A DNA stretch of 64,000 nt from Hyaloraphidium curvatum SAG 235-1 (GCA_025558095.1 JAIVFI010000004.1:186001-250000), one strand, 5' to 3'. Positions 45,601 through 59,293 are shown, counted from the first letter of the stretch. Translations and numbers: made by a program. Notes: generated by a model not told the origin, from the letters alone.

Positions 45601-48224
45601 ATGGCCAAAGACAAGAAGCCAAAGCCCCATCTGGGCCCCTCGGGGATGTCCGTCGTTGAGCGTTCAACACCCCAGCCGGCTTTCAAGAAGCAGCGACGTG
45701 CGTGCCTCTGGTTGCCGGGGAGCATCCGCCCGTTTCGCTCATTGTCTTTCCCAGTCGATGGCGGTGCGGCATCGGCCCCTCGACCGCAGACGAACGGCCA
45801 CGTAGCGAAGCACAAACTGGCCACCCCTTCGGAACCTCGTCCAAAGGCTGCCGCCGCGGTTAAGGCACCGCACACGATGCCGAAAGCTGGTCCGTCAGGT
45901 GCCAAGCCCAACGGCGCAGTCGGCGGCGGAAGCGGCTCCGGTGCGGCCAAACGGAGGGCATCAGACGATGATGATGACTCGGAGGACAATTTGGACGACG
46001 CCTCGGACGAAGAACAGGCCGAAGCCTGTTCGGCGGCTGGGAGCTCGCAAGACTCTGAAAGCGAGGGGGGAGGCTCCTTTGAAACGGCGTCAAGCGACGC
46101 TAGCGATTCGTCCGAGGACGGTGCGGAGGATGATGAAGCGGTTCCGGGACCAGCCAACGGACATGGGGGATCGGAGAGCGGTTCTGAGGACGACGATGCC
46201 GAAGCGGGAGAGGGCAGCGATTCCTCGGACGACTCTGAGGCAGAGGACAACACCAATGCTGCTGAGCCTTCGAAAGTGTCCGAGGAGCCCGCAATGTCGA
46301 TCGTCGACGAGTTGGAAGGTGATTGGTTCTGCGACATTGAATCATGGAAGCGATTTCTGATCCCGCCCACCCCCGCCCACAGGAAAAAAGACGGAGGAGC
46401 TGAACCGATCTTTTGATTCCATTGAAATCACGGAGTCGACCAGGAAGGCCATCGAGGACATGGGGTTCAAGGAGATGACGGAGGTCCAGGCCCGCTCCAT
46501 CGCCCCTGCGCTGACCGGCCGCGACATCCTCGGTGCCGCGAAAACTGGATCCGGAAAGACCCTGGCCTTTCTGATTCCGATCATTGAGCTCCTTGTGCGG
46601 GCAAAGTTCAAGCCGCGGAACGGCACGGGGGCCATCGTGATCTCGCCGACGCGGGAGCTTGCGCTGCAGATTTTTGGGGTGGCCAAGGAGCTCCTGAAGT
46701 ACCACCACCAAACCTTCGGGATCCTCATGGGCGGGGCGAATCGGAAGGCCGAGGCGGAGAAGCTGCAGAAGGGCGTCAACCTTATCGTGGCGACGCCGGG
46801 CAGGCTGCTTGACCACCTGCAGAACACGAGGGGTTTCGTGTTTAAGAACTTGAAATGCCTTGTCATCGACGAGGCGGATCGCATCCTGGAGATTGGTTTC
46901 GAGGAGGAGATGAACCAGATTGTGAAGCTGCTCCCAAAAGGTTGGTGTCGTGGAACGATCGGATCGTCAGCAAGACCGGGAAACGTGCCGCTGGGTCCCA
47001 CCTCGGCTCGTTCACCCATCGGCCCGCTTGACGGGCGTTTTGCGAGAGTAACTTCGGCCACCCTGCGTTTGAGGCGTCGCGGCATCCGACCGTCGCGACG
47101 TTATAGGTTATCAGGGGACACTTTCTGATCCACATTCCGCCTCGCAGATCGCCAAACCATGTTCTTCTCCGCCACTCAGACCACCAAGGTGTCTGATCTC
47201 GCGCGCATCTCCCTGAGGAAGTCGCCACTCTACATCAACGTGGACCAGAACAAGGACAAGGCGACGGTGGACCTTCTGGAGCAGGGCTACGTCGTCTGCC
47301 CCTCCGAGGAGCGTTTCCTGCTCCTCTTCACCTTCCTCAAGAAGAACCTGAAGAAGAAAGTCATTGTCTTTTTCTCGAGCTGCAACTCTGTCAAGTACCA
47401 TTCCGAACTCCTCAACTACATCGACATTCCTGTCTTGGACCTCCATGTGGGTGCGGCGGCCGCTGAGGCGCTGCCGGCTTGCTGACTTTGGATCTGTGAA
47501 CAGGGCAAGCAGAAGCAGCAGAAGCGGACCAACACCTTCTTCGAGTTCTGCAACGCCGAACAGGGCATCCTGTGCTGCACGGATGTCGCCGCCCGTGGGC
47601 TCGATATCCCGCAGGTCGATTGGATCATCCAGTACGACCCGCCGGACGATCCGCGCGAGTACATCCACCGCGTCGGGCGGACGGCCAGGGCCGGCAGCAG
47701 CGGGCGGGCGCTGCTCTTCCTGCTGCCCAGCGAGCTCGGCTTCCTGCGGTACCTGAAGCACGCCAAGGTGCCGCTGAACGAGTACCAGTTTCCCTCGAGC
47801 AAGATCGCCAAGATCCAGGGACAGGTGCGCCTTGCTTTCGTTCGGTCGTGGATGGCGGCTGACCGGATTGCAGCTCGAGAAGCTGGTGGAGACCAATTAC
47901 TACCTGAACAAGTCGGCCAAGGACGGCTACCGCTCCTACATCCAGGCCTACGCTTCCCACTCCCTCAAGAACATCTTCGACGTCGCCTCGCTCGATCTGC
48001 AAAAGGTCGCGAGGGCCTTTGGCTTCCGGGTGCCGCCCAACGTGAACATCACGATCGGTGCCTCGGGGCGCATGGACCGCAAGAACCGCAAGCACGGGTC
48101 CATGCAGGCGGGGTACGGGAGCAAAAAGAGGATCGAGGGGAAGGAGCACTTTCTGAAGCAGCGCGGCGGGATGGCGCACACGTCCGGGAAGCGGGCGCCG
48201 GACGGGCGGCAGTGGAATCGATGA
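45601..48224 (+). CDS. HAS1: DEAD-box RNA helicase Has1/DDX18
   Basis: [50 protein letters not shown]. Acidic N-terminus; introns include 46941-47147. Confidence 0.96.
46968..47123 (+). ncRNA. Intronic box H/ACA snoRNA, putative snR33-equivalent guide for LSU Psi1042
   Basis: Hairpin 1: GCAAGAC/GTTTTGC and GCCG-C-TGGGT/ACCCA-T-CGGC. H box AGAGTA at 47045-47050. Hairpin 2: CCCTG/CAGGG and GGCGTCGCGG/TCGCGACGTT. ACA at 47118-47120, 15 nt from the pocket apex. Pocket strands GTTTGA and ATAGGTT complement LSU rRNA (A)ACCUAU-[UC]-UCAAAC. Confidence 0.8.
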
Positions 48225-48253
48225 TTGTAGACTCGCGTCTCGTTGGCCCAACA

Positions 48254-48283
48254 CGCATCTTCGAACACCGCATCTTCGAACAC
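48254..48283. repeat. Perfect 15-nt tandem duplication CGCATCTTCGAACAC x2
   Basis: Direct inspection. Lies in the convergent 3' region between HAS1 and RPS31. Confidence 0.8.
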
Positions 48284-48447
48284 GAGGACTCTCGGCGGGT
48301 TGCGACGCGGAAAGCCACATAATCTTCCCGCAATTTGAGACCGCCTTCGGAGTGTGCGGAGAGCGTCGAGCGAGATCCATCGATTGCCGTGACCATGTAC
48401 AACCGACAACCCAGCAACGGCCAGAGAAGAAGCAGAAGGAAGTTCTG

Positions 48448-49211
<764 letters not shown>

Positions 49212-49530
49212 CTAAAATTTCCGGACGGAACAGCACGGGCGAGGGAGCGGTGATTGCGGCGGGGGGGGTTGCCCGATGGAGGACCAGGTCGCGGGAGGAG
49301 ATGGAGCCGTCAGACGCCTGCGCCCGGCGGCCGGAGCGTGGAGAGCTCACGTTGGGCGATGCGGCCCGCCGAACTCCTTCTGGTCACCTCACTATGCCCG
49401 CCGAGACGAGCGTAGTGTCCTCAGTGGAAGGATGGCCGGACGCCGAATATTGAAACCTCGAGTGTAACCCCGCGCGGGTGATGAGTACCCCGGCCCTTGC
49501 GAACACGCAAACCTCCGCATTCCGTCCGCC

Positions 49531-50525
49531 ATGGCCTCGCCCGCGCCATCGCGGCCGTCGCCGTCGCCGGCGTCGATTGGCCCGTCAAAGTCGCCGCCGC
49601 GGGGGGCGCTGCCCAACGCGGCGGTGTGGCGCGCCGATACGGGCGACGTCACCGCGAAGCTGGAGGACGCCGCGAACCTGCTGTTCGAGCGCAACAAGCG
49701 CGCGAAGCTCAACCTGTCGACCGAGACGAAGGACGCGGAGATTGCGGAGCTGATGCGGGATGCGCGCGAGGGAATCTCGAAGCTGGAGGGCATGCTGTCG
49801 CTGGCCGAGGAGCGGGGCACGTCGTGGGTCCCCGGCTCCGCGCCGTCCGGCCGGTGCCTGACGCCGCATTCAATTCGAAGGACGCCCCGGGACCTCAAGA
49901 TGTGGGAGGACTCGCTCATCAACCTGACGAAGCAGTTCGAGCGGATCGAGAACGTGGCCCTGTCGTCCAACGCCATCGATTCCAACGCTTCGGCGAGGTG
50001 CGGAGCTCGGAACACCGTTTGGAGAGGCATTGGTTGACGTCCTGGACCCGCAGAGCGGAATTGCTCGCCGCCCCGGCCAAGAAGCGGGAGACCCTGACCG
50101 TCCTACCGGACGACGAGCCCGACGAGGGCCGTCCGTCCGACCCTTACGCGGACAAGAGCGACCCCGAGCTGCTCCAGCTGCAAAAGGACATCATGGAAGG
50201 TCCGTCTGCGGCCGGTTGTGCCCACGCTTTTCGCCGTCTGACGCCCCATCTCGCAGATCAGGACCAGTCGCTCGACGCCCTGGTCTCGGTCATCGAGCGG
50301 CAGAAGCAGATCGGCGTGCAGATCAACCAGGAGCTGGACTACCACATCGAGCTGCTGGAGGACACCGAGGAGCGCGTGGACGCGACGACGGGGCGCCTGG
50401 GCTCGGCGCAGAAGCGGCTGGACGTCGTGCGCAAGACCGTGTCGTCCAACTGGGGCCTGTGCACGACCGTGGGGCTGGTCGGGCTGCTGATGGTGGTCCT
50501 GGTGATCATCAAGATCCTCCGATGA
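49531..50525 (+). CDS. SYN8: Qc-SNARE, syntaxin-8/Syn8-like
   Basis: Helical N-domain, SNARE motif DQDQSLDAL...IERQKQIG.QI.QELD and C-terminal TM. Three short introns. Confidence 0.8.
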
Positions 50526-50701
50526 GGCGTGTGGAGCCGGTGTTCCGCACCGCGGGGCGGGGTTGCGGACGACACGCTGTGACATGGGCAGGACGCGGCC
50601 GCTTGGAAGGGCCGCGAGGAAACGTTCTTTGTCGCCATTAGTTATTCTTAGACAGAGCAAGCAATCCTGGATACATCTCATTCCGGAAGTTCAGTTCGCA
50701 T

Positions 50702-53314
50702 CTACACCGAGAGGTGAATGTCGTTCGCCGCGAGCGGCTTCGTGGGCGAGACAATGTCCGACGACGACATGTCCGATTCTGCAAAGAGATCAACTCCAAA
50801 TAGCTCAATGGGGTTGATGTAGCGAATCCGAGTCTTCATTGTGCCCATCAGCTCGAGGTCCTCCGTGTCCAGCTTGATCAGTTCCAGGTTCTCGGCCATG
50901 TGCTTGGCGTCCGAAGATCGCAGCACGGCGCAGGTGCCGCGCTGCACCGCGCGGGAAACGAGGACCTTTGCCGAGGAGACGCCGTACTTTTCGGCGATGG
51001 AGCGGATGGTGGGGTCCTGCAGGAGATTGGTGATGCCCAGCGGGGCGTAGGCCATGACGGTGATCTCGTTCTTGCGGCAGAAGGAAAGGAGGTCGGGTTG
51101 CGGGAGGTAGGGGTGAGTTTCGTACTGTGGACAGGACAGGGGAAGTGGTTACTGTGGAGGAGCATGGTGACGGACCACGCCCCTGCCCACCTGGTGAACA
51201 GCAGGCTTGATCTTGGCGATGTCCAAAAGCCACTTGACCTTGTTGAGCGGGAAATTGCATATGCCGAGGGCGCGGACCTTTCCTTCGGCGACAAACTTCT
51301 CCATCTCCCGCCACGTGTCCTCGAGGTTGACCTCGACATCGAGCCAGACCTCACCCATCGGGCCCCGGGGAACATCGACGCCAACCACGTCCGGCGGTCC
51401 CAGAAAAGAGATCGGCCAGTGCAGCGAGTACAGGTCCAGGTAATCGTAGCGGAGGTCCTTCAGGGTCTGTTCGAGGGCGGCGCGGAGGTTGGCGGGACGA
51501 TGGTGCGTGTTCCACGCTTTCGAGGAGTGGAAGATCATTTCGCGGGTGATCTTGCCCTTCGCGTAGATCTCGGCTAGTGCATCGCCGATCTCCTTCTCGT
51601 TGTGATCTGCGGAGAAAGGTCAACGACATGGACGCGTCCGGGAGCGCAGGGAACCCACTGATCTGCGCAGTATCGAAATGCCGGTAGCCGAGCTCGATTG
51701 CCGTGCTGATCATGATCGCGATCCTCTCGCGGTCCATGACCTTTGTCCACGCCGTGCCAAGACCGACGCAGGGCACATTTTGCCCCGTGTAGAGCTGGAA
51801 GTGCCGGAAAGGAATGGGAACGGCCGGTGCCGAGTTGGGCTTCGGGATGCTCGGGGCGGTCTCTGCCTGCCGGTCGCGTTCCATCCGGTTGCCGACCACC
51901 TTGAGCGTAGCGTCGTAGGTGGCACCAAGGCCGAGATCACGAGCTCGATCGCCGGGAGTCTTGCCGTCCCTGTCCTTGGCATTCGGATCCGCGCCGGCAA
52001 GAAGGAGTTTCTTGACAATGTCAAAATGGTTCGTCTGTTCGGTTTGAGGAATGAGACGCGGAACGCAACGCAGAAGAGCTCCACTCACGCCAACGGCCCA
52101 GTGGAGAGGAGTGAATTTGAGGGCGTCCGGCAGGTTGATCATGGCCTTGCGTTTGAGCAAGACATCTACCAGCTCGAGCGAAGATCCCAGATAGGAAGCC
52201 CTAAAGGATCACTTTGAGACCGAAATGAACGCTCTCGGATCACGGTGTTGCCCACCATATGAGCGGCGTCCTCCCCAGCGGGTCCTCCGAGTTCACGTCC
52301 ATGCCAGCGTCCGCGAGAAGGTAAGTCACCATTTTGGGGTGGTTCCCGTGGACGGCCAAATGAAGGCAGTTGTAACCCTGGCCGTCAGCAATCTTCGGGT
52401 TGCCTCCGCGATTGACCATGGCCTTCACGGCGTCGACGTGGCCGGCACGGGCGGCCCAGTGAAGAGGCGACGCGGTCGGTGAGCCCGCTTTGCGGTTTGG
52501 ATCGGCGTCTCGTCCTGCAGCGAACGTTAGCTGCAGAACATTGTCGGAGCGCACAGCACCCACGAAGAAGAAGGTTGATGATCTCCGCGTGGTTGTGAAG
52601 AGCCGCCCAGTGCAGCGGCGTCACACCACCGTAGCTCGTATCGGTATCGTTGACCGTGGCCTGTTTTCGATCAAGAAGCTGACGCACCCGGTCCGCGTAG
52701 CCATGACGTGCTGCCATAAAGATGTCCATTTCCTCCGGTCTCACTTGGTCGACCGACGACCGGCTGGATGTGCTCGGTGCGGGGGATTTGGGGGGTTGTA
52801 GTCCAGTTGCGGGAGGCGGTTGAGGAGATGGTTGAGCTGCTGGTTGATTCGAAGGTTGCGGCGAGGTGGAGGAAGTGGCCCCGGGAACGGAACCGGCCCG
52901 AACCGGCGTCGGGGACATGAGAACAGGGGCTGCTGCCGCAGAAGGAGCAGCCGCCGCCGCCGCTGCAGCATCTTTGTAGGGTTTGTTCGGAAAAATGGGT
53001 TCCACGACGTCCTTCTTCGTCCAGGAGGGTTTGGACTCCAGCTTTGGTAACGGAGCTGGCGCCGCCGGCGGCGCCTCGGGTCCGGGAGTGCTGCTGCTTT
53101 GAAGGGCCTGTTCCGTGGCAGCAAGGTTCTGCTCCAAGTCCAGAGTAAGCTCAACGGCGGCAGGCGTCCCAGTGGCCTGGCCGGGAGCAACAGGGGCGAT
53201 CGGCGCCGGAGACGGCGGGGCCGCAGACGCTGGCGAGTTTCGCAGCGATGAAGCCCGTTTCGGCAGCGATTCCGGCAGAATCGGCATCGACGGCGGAAAG
53301 GTAGATCCGCTCAT
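50702..53314 (-). CDS. Pro-rich + ankyrin repeat + aldo-keto reductase (probable pseudoenzyme) fusion
   Basis: About 6 ankyrin repeats (TPLHWAA, SPLHWAA, CLHLAV, TPLIW, TPLHWAV). In the same exon they continue into AKR motifs P.VGLGT, GYRHFDTA, SKAW, DLYSLHWP, RALGICNF, AYAPLG and EN. Confidence 0.85.
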
Positions 53315-53486
53315 CGTTCCAGAGCTGCGATGGCCGATATCTACGTGTCTAACGGGGGAGACGGACCCGCGACAGGGTCCCGCAACGGTAGGGAAGCGGA
53401 GGGCCAAGGGATCACGGCCACCACCACCGCAACTCAACAGCGTGAAGAGTCGGCGTCCTCGGCAGCGGTAGTCGAGAGTTGACCGA

Positions 53487-54687
53487 ATGGAGCAGGCACC
53501 GACTGGCCCGGTACATGTGTACCGCGGGCAAAACCGCGTTTGCCGGGTTTTCGGCGTCCAAGTCGTGACCGGGCGCGACAAGGATGCCTTCACCCTCGTT
53601 GGAGCCTTGGTCCTGATCCTTGCACCGAGCATCGTCTTCTACATCTTTGTGTGAGTCCTTCCGTACCTTGGGATTGCGATGCGTGCCTAAGGAGGTGTTC
53701 CACCGCTGCCGGCCGCCTCCACGTTCGTGCCGCAGCTGTCCGCCGCTGTGGGCACGCGGCTACTATCCCGTTCCCATAATCTACGGCTATCTGGTCCTTC
53801 AGACTCTCGTCGAGCTCTTGCGGACAACCGGAACGGACCCGGGTATTATTCCCCGGGACCTGGACCCGTCGCCCCCGACCATTGGCAATGCACAAGTGGC
53901 ACAACCGAGCGCGTACCGCGGAGCGCACGCGCCCGAGGCTACGATCGTCCAAATCCCGGACGGACATGCAGCTGGAGCCGTTTCGACCAGCTCGGCTCCA
54001 AACGGGCAGTCCAACGGAACTGCCCCGCCGCCCCCGCCCCGCGAACCGCTTGTCGGCGAGGTGACGGTGGTCGAGGACGCGCGACCAACGTCGACGCTTC
54101 CGCCCAACTATCCATTTGTGACGACAACGGGCGGCATGGCAGTCCACAGGGACGTGCTCGTAATGGGCAAGGACCACATGAAGAGGAAATGGTGCGAGAC
54201 CTGCCACACGTACCGGCCTCTGAGGGCGAGCCATTGCTCGCTTTGCGACTCGTGTATTGATGCGCACGATCATCACTGCCCGTGGACGGCCAACTGCATC
54301 GGCAGGAGGAACTATCGCCACTTTTTCTTCTTTGTCGTGGGCTGCTGCGGTCTGGCGGTCTACAACATCACGTTTTCCGCCGTCCACCTCGCTATAGTGA
54401 CGGACGAACAGAATGACTTCCTCAAAGCGCTGGCAGCGGCACCGGCATCTATGGCTTTGATCGTGTTTTGCTTCTTCATTGGGATGTCGCTGTGCGGGCT
54501 CGCCTTCATGCATGTGTCGCAGATCGCCAACGGCTTCACAACCCACGAGTCACTGCGGAGCGCGTTCAACGGGATCAAGAAGTCGCGCTTCGACCGCGGT
54601 CTCAACGAGAACTTCCGATGGATGCTTTTCCGGCCGGTTTGGCCAACAATGATCGACTGGAACACGGCGAAGATAGAGCGGAAGTGA
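53487..54687 (+). CDS. DHHC palmitoyltransferase, Erf2/ZDHHC9-like
   Basis: DPGIIPR, KWC.TC..YRP.RASHC..CD.C....DHHCPW..NCIG.RNYR.F, TT.E. One intron after ...FYIF. Confidence 0.93.
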
Positions 54688-54795
54688 TGTGGGATTTCTC
54701 TGACCATGAACGAGCTATGTACACTCTACGCGCCAACACGGGACTCCGCCGCTACACTGGGAAACAGAACGCCCAGCCATGTCCAAGTTGCAGTT

Positions 54796-57700
54796 TCACG
54801 CCCTCGCCCTCGTGCGGTTCTCCTTACCCGCCGCCGGCTCGACCACTTTGGGGGCCTTTGCCGTGCCCCCAGCGTCCACTTTGCGCGGCGTTGGTTGCCG
54901 CGGGCTCGGAGCGCTGACAACCTTGCCGAGCTCTTTCCGCTTATTCCGCTCGGCGATTCGCTGCAAGAACGCTGGGGTGTCAGCATTCGCCTGCATCTAC
55001 GCCTGGCGGGCACCCACCTCCACCGTGCTTACGCCGTTCACGAACTTCGCCCGGAAAAGAACGTTCGCATTGTTGAACATGCCCTCCTTGAGCGAAACCA
55101 CGATGAACTGGGAGCCACTGAACCGCGTTCGCAACATCTGTCCAATGTTCTGCGTGTGCGACAGATCGAGCGCAGCGTCGACCTCGTCGAGGATATACAT
55201 GGGCGCCGGTTTGTATCGGAGGAGGGCAAGGATGAGCGAAAGTGCGATGAGCGATCTGCAGTTCGGGAATGCATGTCAGCAGAGATTGGTCGCATGCTAG
55301 AGCTAGCCGCACCTTTGACCACCGCTGAGCTCCGTCAGGCTCTGTTTCCAAACTCCTCCGAGGTTGACCTTGACCTCGAGCCCCTCGGTGATGTCCTGGT
55401 TCTCGGGCGGCTCGAGTTTCGCCGTGTTGCCGGGCAAGAGGTCGCCAAAAATGCCGCCAAAGTCGCCGTTGACCTGCTTCCAAGTAGTCTCCAGTGCGGC
55501 GAGCTTGTGCTTGTCGAGCTCCACGATCGTCTCCTGGATCTTGCGCTTGTCCTTTCGCACGGTCGAGAGCATCTGCTTCAGGGACGTCTCTTTCTTCTCG
55601 TACCTGGAACCGCCATGTTTGAGTCAAATAAAGATCCCTATGCGCCGCCGAACCCACCGATCGACGGTCTCCATGACCTTCATGTCGGTCTTCTTCCGCA
55701 AGGAGTCGTGCTTGTCCTCGAGCTGTTTCAGCTTCTTCCTTTCCTCCGCAATGTTCTTGGATTCAAAGTCGTACGGCGTGTTCGGCTTGCCAAAGAGCCT
55801 GTCACGACGGATCAATCGACGAGGCATCACGACGGTTCTCCAGATACCCACTGCTTCTGGCCCTGGATCCACTCAAACTGCTTCTCCAACTCCTTCTGAC
55901 GCTTTCGCGCCGTCTCCTTCTCCTCCTTGAAGTGCTGCAGGTCGTGCGCCAGCTTCTGCGATTCGAGCTCGGCGTCCGAGCGCTGGACTTCGCAGCGCTT
56001 CTTTTCGGCCTCCAGCTGCTGCAGCTCCGTGTCGAACTTTGCAAGTGCCTTGCGCTCCTTGTCCAGCTCCGCCTGCGCGGCGTCCAGGTCCTTCTGTGCT
56101 CCCAGAGTCGTTTAGCGGCGCGGAAAGTTGGACACACTTCCCTACCTTCACGCCGGCCATCTGCTGTGCGAGCTTGTGGACCTCCTTCTTGTACTCCTCG
56201 ATAGACGCCGACGCGCTCGCGAGCTGCTCGTTGGCTTTGCCGAGTTCCGACTCCATTTGCTCTGCGTCTCGTGAGCACTCGACGACGGGCCGCACGCAAG
56301 TGAGAACCCACCGATCTCGGCCTTGAGGAGCTGAATCGCGGCCTGCTTCTCCTTGAAGGACGCTGTTCCCTTGCCGACGTCCTTCTTCAGGCTGGCAATC
56401 TCGGCCTTGATGCTCTTGAGCTTCTCCTCCTTGTGGTCCTCGAACTCGGCCATCTCCTTCTCGATGCTCTTGATTTGCTCCTGGACCTCGGTCCGCTTCG
56501 CCTTGTTGTCCTCGATCGCTTGCGTGTTCTGCTCGATCTGGGTCCGCAGGTCCGCAATGCTCTGCAGGAGCTGCGCATTGGCGCTCTTGCCGATCCGCTC
56601 CTGGACGAGCTTGAGCTCGTGCTGCAGGAGCTCCTTTTGAGCCGTGAGGTCTTTGACGGCCTTGCCCGACTTCTGCACGTCCGCAAGCTCCTCGTTGATC
56701 TTGGCGAGGTCCGCGTTGAGCGCCGCGAGGGCGGCCTGCTGCTCCCGGAGGGCTTGGAAGTTGATGATGACTCCCGCGGAAGAAGGCTTCGAGCCACCGG
56801 AAAGCGTTCCAGTGGGGTTGTACTCGTCGCCATCGATGGTGATGGAACGCAGGCGGACAGCCTGGTTGAAGGTCACCTTCTTGGCCGTTTCGGCGTCTGC
56901 GAAAGTGCGAGCTCAGTCTAGGTCAAGGATCGTTTGCAATCGGACGAACCTTTGCAGACAAGGGTCCCTCCGAAGACGTACTCCATGGCCTTTGTGACCT
57001 CGTCGTCGTATCCGATCAGGTTCAAGGCGAGGTCGACGCCGCCGGGGGCAATCTTCTTGGCAGCGTTGATTTTCTGTCCCAGGGGGTCAGCGGGCAGCAT
57101 TGAACGATGGCCACAAGCAACAGACCTCGGCATTGGCCACGAATGCCTGGATTTTGTTGAGAGGAATGATCGTGACCTTGCGCTTGAGCTTGCCGTTCGA
57201 GAGCAGCTTGCTGCCCACAACCTCGGTGTCCACCACCACGTTGAACAGCCGCCCGCCCGCGGCAATCTCCAAGGCGGTCGAGTACTGGGCATTGTTGGGC
57301 GGCAGCGAGACGAGCTCCGCAACGAGGCCCTTGACCTGCCGCCGGTCAAAGTTGGGCTCGGGATTGCTGTAGGAGAACTCGTAGCGCGCCAGGTCGCCCT
57401 GGATGCGATCGACCTGCGTCCTGAGCTTGGCGACCTCGTCCGCCTTGGCCGACTTGCGCTGCAGAGCCGCGACCTCTTTCTCGGGGTCGAAGCCCGCGGA
57501 AGCGAGCTTGGTCTCGACGTCCTTGAGCTTCTTGGCGAGCGCCTCCTGCTCCTGGAGCGAGCCCGCCGATTCCTTCTCCGCCTTGCGAGCCTTGGGCTCC
57601 AGGTCTTTGAGTTCGCGCTCGCACGCCTTGATCTTGACCTTGAGCTGCTCGATCGTGGATCCGTGCGACGCGGCCGCGGCTTTGGCGGCCTGTAGCTGGT

Positions 57701-59293
57701 CCATAAAGCCGTTCTCCCTGCCCTCCGTCGCGGCCATGCCGGTCGTCAGGGTCTGGAGCAGGTCCTCCTTCTCCCGCAGGGTCTGCGACTTCTTCTCGAA
57801 CTCGGTCTTCTCCCTCTCGAAGCTCGCGGCCATCGATGTGAGCTTGTCGCGGGCCGTGAGAATGCCCTGCTGGATCTACACGAGCGGCCCGTAATGTCAG
57901 CGCGATTCGTCCTCATGAGACGCAAAAGCACACCTCAGCAACGTTGGCCGCCATCTGGTCCCTCGCTGCCTCCTCCTCCGACACGGAAGTCTGCTTCAGG
58001 TCGAACTGCGTCTTGATCTTGACCAGCTGCTTCGAAAACTCCTTGACCGCGTTATCGAGCTCCTCGAATTTGCCTCCGTCCTGGCAGAGATCGGACTGTC
58101 GGCCCTCTTTCGAGTGTTGGCCGGCAATGTGCCCACCTTCCGCTTCTTCTTCTCGATCTCGTCCGCCTTCTTCTCCATGTCGGCCACAGCCCTCTTCATC
58201 TCCTTGGCGAGATTCGCCAGCTCCTCCAGCTTGCTTTCCTTCTCCTTCAGGTCGGCATCCGAGCGGCTCAGCTTCTCCTCGATCTTGGAGTACTCGTAAG
58301 CCACTACGAGACCGCGGGTGTACTCGAGCTGCTTGGTGATGCTCTGGTACTCGAGGAACTTCTTCTTTTCCTCGCGGTAGTGGTCGAGCTTGGGGATGAT
58401 CTCCTCGTCCAGGATCTGCGCGGGGCGTAAGCCGCGGTGCCGGGACCGGCTGCAGGGAGCCACCCACCCTGGTGATCTCCTCCAGCTTCTTGTCCTTCTT
58501 CTCGATCGTCTCCAGAGCCTTGCGCTTCTTCTCCTCGTACATCCTCGTCCCCGCCGCCTCCTCGATCATGGCCAGGATCTCGGGCGGCTTCATATTGAGC
58601 ACCTTGGTAATCCGGCCCTGCATGATGAGGAAGTGCGGGTTGTTGACGTTTAGCTGCACGGACTGGAAGAGGTTCTGGATCGTCTGCTGGGTGGCGGCGT
58701 GGCCGTTGACGAGCCACTTGTTGCGGCCGCCAATGACGATCTGGCGGGAGCCGGCGTCGAGGCAGGCAGACAGGGGCGTGGAAACGCGTGGTACACACCT
58801 GGCGCGTGACGGAAATCGTCTTGCACTGGTGGTACCCAAAAGGGCTCCTGTCCGCATCCTCATTGTTGAACTCGATGGTAACCGATGCCTTGGTCACGCC
58901 GGCCTGGCCGCGCTTGTAGACCAGGTCCTGGAGGTTCTGAGCACGGACCTGAAGGCGGCGAGGGATGTTGATCGCTCGCCCAGAACGGTGAGCCCGAAAG
59001 GACGCACCGCGCTAAGGTTGGTAATGCCGAGGACGAAACAGATGGCATCCAGGATGTTGGATCTAAACAGCCAGGCCGGTTAACAACGGATCACAGCGAT
59101 TTTCGAGGCAAACACCAACTTCCCGGACCCGTTGAGGCCTGCGGGACAATGGCAAGTATTAGGCGACCGACACTGGTTCGGGGCGCGGCAAGGACTCGCC
59201 GGTAATCGCGTTGAACTGGCTATCCCATCCCGTGATAGCCTGACGGTACTGGTAGCTCTTGAAGCCGTCGAGAACAATCTCCTGGATGTACAT
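54796..59293 (-). CDS. SMC2: Condensin subunit SMC2
   Basis: [31 protein letters not shown] (19-nt microexon 59120-59138), [19 protein letters not shown], hinge [42 protein letters not shown]. Confidence 0.97.
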
